From Utricularia gibba (Eukaryota > Plantae > Magnoliophyta), in the NCBI GenBank assembly GCA_002189035.1, contig CM007991.1, positions 4,836,001 to 4,900,000 of the forward strand: DNA of 64,000 bases, given 5' to 3'. The notes below the pieces were generated by a model. It saw only the letters and a program-made list of their open reading frames with translations, was not told the DNA's origin and did no database searches. Position 1 is the stretch's first letter. Each line of letters begins with the position of its first letter. A program made the position numbers and the translations under genes. This document shows positions 21,682 to 33,179 of the stretch, in pieces.

Positions 21682-23415
21682 TTATGCAACCTTTTTGCAA
21701 TAATTCCATAAAGGGTGTTCAATATCCAGCGGAGGCTGTCCAATTCGTGCATGCTTCACAAAGTTGGGTACATCATCTACTTCTAGTAGACCTTGAAGGA
21801 ATGTGTGTATTTCTTCACACTCACCTAGCGTAGCCTCCCTTACATCCATGTACTAGTATGGCATCAAGAAGACAACGTTTTCATGTTGTCTCACAAGAGA
21901 CGTATATAAGCATGAGCACCTAACATATATATTAGAACATATGAATGCAACTTACTTAACTGAGATTCTAATGAACTTGAATGAAGAGTTGTCATATATA
22001 TTAGAACATGAACTATTTGGATCAAGCCCGAACACTCACTTGATTATCTCATGTAGTTGTCGCTATAGAAAAGTGCACATGTTAGAGAAATAGATAGTAG
22101 TGCAGGAACTATTGTTTTCATAGAGTGGGACTTATGTGCCCCTCGAAGACCATATGCTAACATCGAAGTTCATTAGACATCATTGGATGAACTCACATGC
22201 GAAGGGCCTGAGGAAGACTCTATACGCAGGAAAAAACTAGAAGACCACTTGAACATCACACAATCATGTGGCGATCTAAACATGTCTTACTATTTTGCTC
22301 TTATATGACAGCGTCTGGTTTCTGATGCAGCCTTTTGTACTTGGCATTAAAGAAAATGTCTGCAAGCATTCCATTGACATCAAACACAAGCAGCTTGTGC
22401 ACATGTCACTTGATCGAAGAAGTGAGGCCAATGTATGCCCACCTCCTTTCATACCAATCAAGCCTTGCACATAGTTGGGCATTCTCTTCCAAAATTCCAT
22501 CCACATCCACACCAGCAGTTAGTTGCAGATATTCTTCCTCCATGTTGCTCTCAGCATCCCTCTGTGGGTTAGAAATAAATGTTAGTGACATCTCTTCCTC
22601 AATGATCACATTGTCAGGTTTTGGGCACTCACCTATCACTCAGCCCTAACCGCACAAGAAGTGTCGAGTACTAACGATGTCCATCACAGGGGGTACTATG
22701 TCGCTCAAAGGCTTGCTCTTTTAACTAAACATAGTCAACTAGGCATCCTCCCCTTACGTCAATAGTCTATAAAATCCTACAACATGATTAACCAAATAAC
22801 ATAAATCAAAATATGCTAGCCATGCAAGTGTACTAGATCACATGTTACCCTTTGTCTTTCCGATTGTCTTGGAGAAGCCGAGAGTAGTTGAAATTCGTAG
22901 GTCGTTAGGAAAACACACCCAAATGAAGCTTGTCTACCAAGGATCATATCCACGTAGAATAGAATTGACAACTGCAATACCTGGCTTGCCCTTCAACGAG
23001 AAATGTTTAGTTTTCCAGTTTTCAATACACACACTTACAGCAAAAATATTGGTATGACTATTGTAATTTTTTACTCCATGCACACACTCATAAAAGCTAG
23101 CACATGAGCTATTGAGTGAGGAGTTAGGTGAGGCAATGGGACCTCCAAATATGTCAGCAACTTGCACACAAAGGGTGGTGGTGGCAATCGAAGTCCACAT
23201 CGAAAGTGTTTAGTGGACACAAAAAAATCCTGTTACTCCAACTCTAAACGTAACCTCACCATCAATGGTCTCATCCCTTGTGCCATAGATATTAGGTCTC
23301 TAGAATCATAAACTGAATTTGTTGTTTCTTGGAAGTAAGCATTTCTTCGGATAGACAAATTACAAGAAGCAAAAAATGAAGCAGACGATGCAGCTAAGGC
23401 AGAGACAATATGCAC
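21682..23415 (-). pseudogene. Harbinger-2 third gene: Transposase_28/TRP28-like domain plus FCP1/NIF HAD phosphatase-like domain
   Basis: HFRCGLRLPPPPFVCKLLTYLEVPLPHLTPHSIAHVLAFMSVC; FSLKGKPG...YDPW*TSFIWV; ENAQLCARLDWYERRW; KLLVFDVNGMLAD (22358-22396); VFLRPFACEFIQ*CLMNFDVSIWSSRG; RIGQPPLDIEHPLW. Many stops. Confidence 0.8.
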
Positions 23416-23519
23416 TGGTTTGTAGTGTGCAACGATGAATGCATGGTGAAAGGATGTGGTGATTGGGTTTGAAGGTTTTTTTTGAGGCCAAGATATGCAA
23501 GGCTGTCTAGATCAGTCCG

Positions 23520-24602
23520 TGATGTGTGTTATTTCCACAACAAATTTGAAGGATTTTTAAAATTTGTAAAACACAAAATGCATAGTATGGGTATCAAATA
23601 TAGGGAGTTGTTTTTCCAATCAAGGGTAAAGTAAATGTAAAATTTGTAAAGTAAAGAGTGCGAGAAATGTAAATGATGAAGCTTGAGTAAGGGGATTGTA
23701 GACAAACAACAAATAGAACGTAAGCAATAAACCTTAAATAAAGACAATGCTCTTGGGATTGCAATCTTGCACAGCTACGTTCCTTGCATCTCCACTTGGT
23801 TATAGGAGTAAACAATTTTCTACCTTCTCTTACACTCTCTTGCATAGAGTCAAGTAAATAGTATGATGTTGCTCCCCCTTGGACGAACGGGAAGATACGA
23901 GGTCTCGCCTTCATACCCACATGGTCAAATTGTGAACATGTATCTCCTAATCTAGCCACTCACAATGAATCCCATAAGCAAGCTCTTATAAACATAAATT
24001 GAGAATGTCATCATATCCAATGCTAGAAAAATAGCAATTATGGTAAAATATTCGTGAAATGATAACAAAGATAAAATGAGTTTCTACTTCTGTTTGTTAC
24101 TATTCACAGTTGGGAATAGTTACGCTGAACTGTGTTCTTGAGCTTGTTCTTCACATTGAGGCTTTTCCTCAAGAAGATTCTTCTTCTTCACCCCTTTCGT
24201 TTGTTATGGAGCTTCTTCGTGTGTGTTCTTTTCTGTTGAAGCTCTCTTTTCAATTCTCTCATTCCAAAGATATCTCCCCTTCTTTACTCTAATGTGTTGT
24301 TTCTGACACTAGTACTATTACTGGCCTAAACCTACAAAACTGTAAACCTTTGGATATTGTGGCTCCTTTAGCTTGATCCATACATCTTTTAGTTTGGTTT
24401 TTATGCTACTCCTCCTACTTAACTTAATTAAGCATTAGTAAAAAAAGATAGACTAAATCAAAGGAATTTGTGCACTTTCCAACATAAACACAAAATAAAA
24501 ATAAACATCACATAAAATATGAAAAACCGCACAAACCTAACCTAAACCACAACAAAACATCATAATTTTGTATTATAAAATTTTAACAAAATATGTGCAT
24601 CA
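23520..24602 (-). mobile_element. Athila-type solo-like LTR (related to family A) without TSD
   Basis: On minus it starts tgatgcacatattttg and ends ggaaataacacacatca. 23630-23900 resembles the family A LTR. Flanks are gtccg and atacc. Confidence 0.65.
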
Positions 24603-24609
24603 ATACCTT

Positions 24610-26330
24610 ATACCCTTCTTCGTGTGATATCTCTCCATTGCGTGAACATTGTCTCAACCATTGAATCTCGCCACTGTGTCCATTTCTTAAGTTTGCTATG
24701 GAGGAAATATGTTGATCATCTTCATAGTCCCATGAATTCGAATTCCAATACTCTTCCAGGATGACTTCTTCACATGGATTGGTTAGCACTTCTTGCTAGA
24801 TAAAATTGTGAAGTAGGGCACATGTGAGTATGATGCAAGCCTATGTTTTAATGGGGTAAAAATTGTAACTTCATAAAATATCCCACCTCATTTTCATTAG
24901 ACTCCATGCCACCTCAATAACGTTCTTCGCAGAAGCATGCTGTAGTTTGAAATATTCCTTTGCATTTTGTGGAGCATTGGACCTGGCACCCCACTCTTTC
25001 AGATGGTACTGAACATCCATATAGGGTGCTAGAAATCCCTGTGGGTTTGTTTATCCATTAGCATACAAGTAATAGTGCCATAGGAAAAATGAAATACATG
25101 AAAGTCACTTGAGACAATGAACTTCCACACATGTTAAGGACTTACCTTTGCATATAAGAAATGCCCTCTGCCGACAAACTACATCTCCTAGCAGCCTACT
25201 ATCAGTGGTTGATCCCTCTCAACCAAAACACAAATAGAAGAACATCAGCATATCATCACACACTCCTAACACGTTAGTGGACTCTATTCCTTTGCGATTC
25301 CTCCACTTTGGTTTATCCTAGTTCTTGACTTTCACCTAGAAATATGAACCATCCAATATGGCCAAGAAACTCTGAAAACTAACTAAGAAAATTACCTCAT
25401 GTAAAATACACATCGCATATCCACAACTACAATGTAACGTCTACATGCATATTTCGAAAATCTGAAGCTAGATTTAGGATCAGAAACATCGATTGGCACA
25501 GGTTTCTTAAGTAAATGTCATGTGATGACAGCATCAAGGAGAATACCACATTGAAATATTTATACACTGTCCAACTGCTTCGCATGAATTCAAATTTTTG
25601 ATGCCTTCTTTCCTATGATGACCTGAAATATCCAAAAACAATACACCGTGCTCTGGAACATTGACATACCTTGAAGTAGTTAATCTACTATTACTTTAGA
25701 GAACATAGCATAAGTTGTTGAAGATATCTACACTTAAGCGTAAGTTTTGAGACAAGCATTTCTTTAGTCAGATAAAAGTGCAGTCGAATGCTCTATTTCC
25801 CAAGGTATTTTTTTGTAGTACAAGAACCAAATACTCCTATCAGTTGGTGTAGAGCAGTAATGCAATATTATCACAATAGTAATTCGCATAATACATAGGT
25901 GCTTACCAACATAATGCGTCGCAACAAGTGCGGCCAAAATAATTTCATTGGAAATGCATCGCAACAAGTGCGGCCAAAATAATTTCATTGGAAATGCATC
26001 GCAACAAGGTCAGCCAAAATAATTTCATTGGAAATGATTGCAACAGCCTCAATAAGCAACGTACAATCTATTGAAATTTTTGCAAAAAAAAAAAAAAAAC
26101 CGCCCAACCCCATCATATACAAAAGAGACAATAGGAACCCTCAGTGTAATTTGAAGCATGGGTTTTATTAGAATATCAAAATTCACTTACTCACCGTCTA
26201 CCTACAGAAACTCAACTGATATGTGATGAAGAGGATGAAAAAAATACACATATATTTGCTGCAGATTTGTTTATGGAGGAAAGGTATTATTGTCAATGGT
26301 ATATTAGCTATCGATGGGTTTCAGAAAACC
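24610..26330 (-). pseudogene. Harbinger-2 DDE transposase remnant
   Basis: HYYLYANG*TNPQGFLAPY, QYHLKEWGARSNAPQNAKEYFKLQHASAKNVIEVAWS, TCALLHNF. 5' boundary approximate. Confidence 0.8.
25919..26047. repeat. 40-bp tandem repeat, 3+ copies
   Basis: tcgcaacaagtgcggccaaaataatttcattggaaatgca twice exactly, then a degenerate third copy. Confidence 0.9.
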
Positions 26331-27429
26331 CATCTCATACATGAGTTTGCGAAACTAGCAGCGACATGTTTGGAATGAGATAACATAAACCCATGTATTT
26401 CACTAAATCACTATAATTAATGCATATAACAACTTTTACCAAAGGGATTAGGGGGTTAAACCCACCTAAAAAATTTGGCCTAAGTGCTTTTATGTAAAGG
26501 ATGGTATGAGTTTGGCTTTAAATAAACCCACATTTATATGATTAAAAAAACCCATGTAGACCCAAGTTTATTTAAACCTAGGTGATTTTTGAGCTGAACT
26601 AAAAGGAATGTGATATTCCATTCTTCAAATGGTTTAAAATAATAAATATCTTTTTTATATTCTTGATTAGTGGAATCTCTAATGTAACATGGGTTCCTTG
26701 AACAATGTGATATCTAACATGGGTAAATCCTTAACCCTTCCTCTCTACTAACACTGAAAACATTCTTGTGTATTATGACAAATACTGGGTGGCTATACAA
26801 GCAATGATTTCAAATCCACAAGTTAATCATACTCTTGCAACTTTATCTAGGGCAGAGTTGGTTTGTTGGGGTGATGGTGTAAAAGTTGACAAATAAGTTA
26901 CTCTTAGTGCCACCTCTCTGAACAATACATGAGACTCTGAACTCTTGTGCCTTTTGAATTCTTTCGAATTTATTGGATCCTTGATGTGCTCAAGAATACC
27001 CTCCCTTCTTCCACTAAGTCTCAAGGAGGAACTAGGAATATTGTAGTCACATTTTCATGTTCTAATTGAACACTTTGTTTTCTTGTTATTTCTAAGTAAG
27101 GAATTTAAATAAAATAAAGTAGGCTAATAGACTTGAAGGAAGATCCCAGCCAAGCTAGCCGATAAAGCTTGATATCAGATATATCCCATGCAATAAGCAT
27201 CAAAGCAAACTAGATGGATTGGTCAAAATGAATTCTTATTTTAACTGCTTGACTAATTTGGTGCAAAATCTTCAACTTTTGATTGGTTACACAATTCAAT
27301 CGTAGATTACAAAAAAAAAATTCATTCTTTTTTTTAATTTTATTCTTGAGTTCTAATCAGCTAATTACTTCTTTGTTTGCTAGAAACTATTTTTCTTAGT
27401 CTATGTGTGATCGGTTGCATTGAATAACT

Positions 27430-27610
27430 CATTCAAAATGTGTGTATGCATTGTTGAACATTGTTGGACCAAACCTGAGAATGCGTGTATGCATTGTGGA
27501 AGAAGGTATCACAATGCTAATACTTGCTGGTGGCGTCTTGAACCTTGGTGCACCATCTTCAAGTCAAAAGGACACAAGGATAAAGAGTGCCCAAGAAAAA
27601 ATAGTTGTTA
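27430..27610 (+). mobile_element. Ty1/copia gag zinc-knuckle remnant
   Basis: CMHCGRRYHNANTCWWRLEPWCTIFKSKGHKDKEC (tandem CX2CX4HX4C-like). Confidence 0.5.
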
Positions 27611-27884
27611 AGTGTCATTTTCTAGTTTATTATTAGTTATTATTATGTATTAATTTAGTATTAAGTTGCCAAATTAGGAATTATATGGATAAGTAATTGA
27701 TTTTCCTAGAAAATTTCTATTTTCCTATTTTGTATATATTTTCCTTTTCTTTTTTGTACACTTTGATTGAAGTGTGGCAGGAGACAATCGTGGAATGTTG
27801 CAGGAGGATTGCAGGAGGTCAGACCTTGACTTTTCATGCCTTGCACGCGACTTGGAATGATTGTGGGCGGAAGACTAATATTGG

Positions 27885-29096
27885 TCAAGCACTCATGATC
27901 AAGTTAAAAACTCCCTAGCTAGAGTATTTGTGAAATGATGATATCACAAATACGGATAAGCTGGCACACATTGAGTTCCCTAAATTGTTTAGGCAATGGT
28001 TCTCACAATTGATGTAATGAGATTACTAGAACCTATGTGTGGGTGTCGATTAGAGAATCGATTCACTGGATGACTCATCTTCGAGATGCTACTATGGGAA
28101 GCTAACCAAGTGTCAATAGCAAGATCTCGAATATGACAGCCGTGCAATTAAGCTTAGACTTGAGGTCAACAAAGTTATCTTGATCTTAAGCTCACATTTT
28201 CGCTCATTACTAATGGGAGCCTAACCATGGCTTGCCTAGTATGGATGAGTAGGGATGTGACTCCTTAAGGCTGGAGATAGTTGATTGATCAATAAAGGAT
28301 TCATCACTCATGTTAGCGATGAGATCATATCTCAAGTAATTGCATCAAAGCCTAACAGTAAGTCCTGGTCCCAGGGTAATGACAGTCGAATTGTTTGAGT
28401 AGGTCATTGAGTGTTAGTGCTTGAATGCAATTATAAGTTCGATACCTCAGAAAGACACACACCCATGTTCTAGTATCGAATGAGATATAAGTATGATGAA
28501 AGCTGTTCATTGCATGTTCACTTGATTATTCTTACATCTTGGGGATCATGATATGTTGCTAGACATCACTCATGATCGATAATGATGGATTTGATTAATT
28601 AAGAGTTAATTAATAAATCCAATATTACGGCTTTGATTGAAGAAGCCTATAGGATCACACACAATAGTGGAGTCACTCAACGATATAAAATAGAATAACA
28701 CAATTACATGAGATGTAATTGGTAAAGTGGATAAATTAAATTGAGAGTTATTTGGAGATTAATATTGATTAAACTCAAAATAAAAGATCATATATAGATA
28801 AGATTTGGAACATATACATATCTCCACAAGATAAGATCTTTACGGAGATATGATTTGATATGTTACCATATATCTATCAAAAAGATTTAAATCTTGAGAT
28901 CTGCTCCAAGGGGTCTTCATGCTCTTAGAGACTAATCCACAAGGGGCGATTTTCTCTACTAGCACCTGAGGAATTCGACCAGCATTGAAAGAGCCTTGAG
29001 AAGGTTATCGACGGAGTGCTCCACATGTGGATACCATAGAGGCCGTCTCCTATTGGCGGTTGGTGAACAATGTAGTCATCTGAAAGGTATTTCAGC
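27885..29096 (+). mobile_element. Doubly truncated Angela-like LTR
   Basis: Collinear with ~50730-51955; both termini missing. Confidence 0.9.
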
Positions 29097-29119
29097 CATA
29101 AGCCTTAGTTTTTCTCCTA

Positions 29120-32100
29120 TAGCAAGACTTGGCATCCTTGAAAACTGTTGGCCAATAATAACCACAATCCAGCACCTTCTTGGCAATACAGTTGGGACCA
29201 TGGTGCACTCCACAAGGAGATGCATGACAGAAAGCCAACACTTGCTGAATATCATCTTCGGCCAAGTAGCGTCGCGCAACACATTAGCACAATTTTTCCA
29301 CAGATAGAGGTCATCCCAGAAATAGTGCTTACTCTCACTCTTCAACTTTAGCTTCTCATAACTCTTTAAGTCTAATGCCATCTCTCCAGTGCACAGATAA
29401 TTGGCTATGCCAGCGTACCATGGTTCCTTAGTCTTCCCTGCATCAGTCTTAATCACACAGAGTTGTTCATCTGGAAATTCTTCAACAATTGGAACACCAT
29501 CCCTGGGTTGCTCAATTCTGCTAAGGTGATCTGCAACTTCATTGAGCTTCCCAGGCTTATCCCTCATTTCCACATTGAACTCTTTCAGCAACAAGACCCA
29601 CCTCATAAGCCTCGGTTTGGTCTCCTTCTTAGACATGTGGTGTTTATTGGTGGCATGGTTTGTGTGCACAATCACCTTATTGCCCAACAAATAGCTTATG
29701 AACTTTTCCAAGGCAAATACCACAGCTAGCATCTCCTTCTCGGTTGTAGTGTAATTTGCTTGGGCATTATCCAAGCTTTTTGAGGCATAGCTGATAACAA
29801 TGTCTTTTCCCTCAAGTGTCTGGCCTAACACAACTCCTACTGCATAGTTGGATGCATTAGTCATCACATGGAAGGCTCACTCCAATTGGGTGCTTGTATG
29901 ATAGGAGCTGATGTCATGGCTGCCATGAGAGTGTCAAAAGCATGCTTACATTCATCTGAAAAATAAAACTCAACGTCTTTCTGCAAAAGATTGGTTAGTG
30001 ATCAAGCAATTTGAGTAAAATCCAACATGGCCTAAAAATGCACGAACTACTCTTTCATCGCGTGGATATGGTAAACTAGAAATAGTAATGACCTTAGCAG
30101 GATCTATCGTAAGACCTGCTTCAGAAACAACATGCCCAAGTACAATTCCTTGGCATACCATGAAACAGCATTTTTCAGAGGTCAAAACTAAATCCTTCTC
30201 AACACAACGTTTCAACACAAGTTCCAAATGATTCAAACAATCATCAAAACTAGTCCCATGCACAGTAAAGTCATCCATGAATACTTCAATGAAATCATCA
30301 ATATAATCCGAAAAAATGCTGGTGACACACCTTTGAAACGTTGCTGGGGCGTTGCAGAGACCAAATGGCATCTTCTTGTACGCATAGGTGCCAAATGGAC
30401 AGGTAAAGGTCGTCTTTTCTTGATCATCCAGTGCCACAGCGACATGGCTATACCCTCAGTACCCATCAACAAAGCATTAAAAACTCTTACCACTTAACCT
30501 GTCCAGCATTTGGTCAACGAAGGGTAGAGGGTAGTGATCCTTCCTTGTTACTTCGTTCAGCTTTCTGTAGTCAATACATACCCTCCAGCCATTTTTATCT
30601 CGCATCGCCACCTTCTTTTCATCAGCATCTTCGACAACTGTAATTCCTGTCTTTTTAGGGACTATGTGGATAGGACTTACCCACGTGCAATCGGAAATCG
30701 AATAAATCACTCCAGCTTTCAACAACTTCTAGATTTCCTTCTTCACTACCTCCATGAGGGTAGGATTAAGCCTTCTCTGAGGTTGTCTAACAGGTTTTGC
30801 TCCGTCTTCAAGATAAATCCTATGCATTGTGACAGAAGAGCTAATTCCGGTTATATCATCCAATGTCCAACCGATAGCCTTGCTGTTAGCTTTGAGAACG
30901 TCCATCAACTTCATCTCTTCTTCACAAGAAAGATCAGCACTAATGATCACCGGCTTCGAATTGTCACCAATAAATGCATACTTGAGATGTGAAGGCAAGG
31001 GTTTCAATTCTGGTGGTGCAACACTAGTCACCTCTCCAAGCTTCACCAAGTCTTTATCTTCAATGAAACATTCCAGAATTACATGCTCAGCTTCCTCCTC
31101 TTCGAGCTCAATGTCTTGTCTGAGGATTTCAAGAATATCATGCTGCTCTTCATCAAAAATTTCCTCCACAAGTTCATCGACGACATCAACTCCAGTCACA
31201 TGTGCAAAATCATCAAGGAACTTTTCAGCTTCATTGGTCTTAAAAATAGAAATATCGTTAGCATAATCGATAGTGTTTGCTTTTTTCCTACAATCAATTT
31301 GAGCATTTGCAGTAGCTCGGAAAGGGCGTCCCAGAATCAAAGTATTGTCATTTACCCTAGCTGGAGGCATTTTCACAACAACAAAATCGCAAGGGTAGCA
31401 GGTATTAGAAACTCGATCTAAAACATCTTCAGCAATACCCTCTGGAATGGCCACGGATCTGGTTGCAAGTTGTAATTTCAAGTTTTTTGGCCTGAGAGGT
31501 TCCATGTCTAGTGCTAAATAAACTTCATAAGGCATCATGTTGATTGAAGCGCCTTGATCTGCCATTGCCCTGCTGATAAATTTAGTTCCTACCTGAATAG
31601 GAACAAAAAATGTTCCAGGGTCTGAACATTTTTCCGGCATTTGCTATGTCAGGTAGGCTGAGACTTGAGCACTGACTTTGATCACTTCTTTATCCTTGCT
31701 CTCTCTCTTAGAACTACATAGATCTTTCAGTACTTTCATCCCTTTCGGCACTTGCCTCAAATATTCTACAGCCTTCATGGTAGTCATAGAAAAATCTAAG
31801 GCTGTAATTATGGAGTTCTTCTCTTCTTGCCTTGCTCTAGCTTGTAATCTTCTAGGAAAAGGAGGCGTCTTCTTGATCTCAACAACACGTTCCCCTGCTG
31901 CTTTTCCTTGCTGTCTCGTAACCTCAGAATTAATTTCAGAACCTTCAAACATTTTATTATGACTTGCAGGGGCCTTTCGGTCAGGTAGTTGCTTGCCCCC
32001 TCGAAGTTCAATAGCAAAAATGTTTGCTTTCGGATTGGCATTTGGCTGAGATGGTAGTTTCCCTGAATTTTCTTTCAGTTCAGCGAGCTCTATAGCAAGT

Positions 32101-33170
32101 TGGCCAATTTGCCTCTCAAGACTCTTCGTCATCTTCTCTGATTCAGCATCTCTCTTTGCTTGTTTAGCATCACGTTTGGCCATATTTTCCAGCATCATCT
32201 TCATCATTTCTTCAATTGAAGGAGGTGGTTTAACACCCGAAGTGCTTGGCTGGTCGACTCTCTGATGTGGGGTTGATAAGGCCTTCTTTGATACCTATTC
32301 CCCTGCTAAACACTCTGTCCTTGCTGAAACGAAATTGGTGTGCTGCTTGCTGCTGCGATTGAGTGAATCCCAAGTGTTGTGGATTTTCAACGTTGGTACT
32401 TCTCCAATTGAAATTGGGATGACTCCTCATAGGCTCAAATCGTTGGTCATTCTTGGGCCTGAAATAATCAGCTCTGTTATTCATGTACCTCATTGCATTC
32501 ACTCCTTCAAGTGGTTCTTCCAGATTTCCTTTCATGGAGCAATGGTCAGGAGTATGCCCAGAATGCCACAGACTTCACAAGGCACAGATTTTGCATGAAC
32601 AAGAAATAATCCTTTCACCATATTTCTTCAATTCATCAATTCATCAATATCCTTGTCCTGCCTTGCTTCTTCATCTTCTCTTAACACTCCCATCTCATTC
32701 ACTTGTCGCTTGGCTCGAGATCGAAACAGAGAATGTCTTGAATGTCCAACCATTTCTTTAATCTTCTCCCAGCCTTCAGATGGGGTCAGAGTCCTCATAT
32801 TACTATGTGCAGCAGAATCCAATTTATCCCGTTGGGTAGCAGTCAATCCCTCCAAAAAACACTTCAACTGCTTCAATTTATCAAATCCATGATGTGGGCA
32901 GCTCGAAAGAAGACTTGTAAACCTGTCCCAATACTCATGTAAAGGCTCATCATAATCCTGAAAAATATTTTCAATTTTGCTTCGAATTTCATCAGCTCTA
33001 GAGGTTGCAAAAAATTGATTTAAGAATGCCTTCTTCATTTCCATCCAACTTCTAATACTTCAAGGTTCAAGTGTGTTGAACCAGGTCTTGGCATGTCCTT
33101 AAAGAGTGAATTAGAAGACTCTGAGTAGTAAATTGTCCTCAGTCATGTCCTTGGGTCGCAGCACAGCTCC
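29120..33170 (-). mobile_element. Athila-type gag-pol internal fragment (family C): gag, protease, RT, RNase H, integrase zinc finger
   Basis: [91 protein letters not shown]. Frameshifted. Confidence 0.9.
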
Positions 33171-33179
33171 AACAACAAT

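Larger units (their letters stand above)
19240..26600 (-). mobile_element. Decayed PIF/Harbinger element (Harbinger-2), same clade and gene order as Harbinger-1
   Basis: Transposase (-), third gene (-), Myb (+). AAACCC-rich subterminal region at 26310-26730. TIRs and TSD not resolved. Confidence 0.75.

Noticed and set aside
26800-27030. Minus-strand ORF 26827-27024, possibly a copia gag N-terminus
   Set aside because: Similarity is too weak to support by eye.
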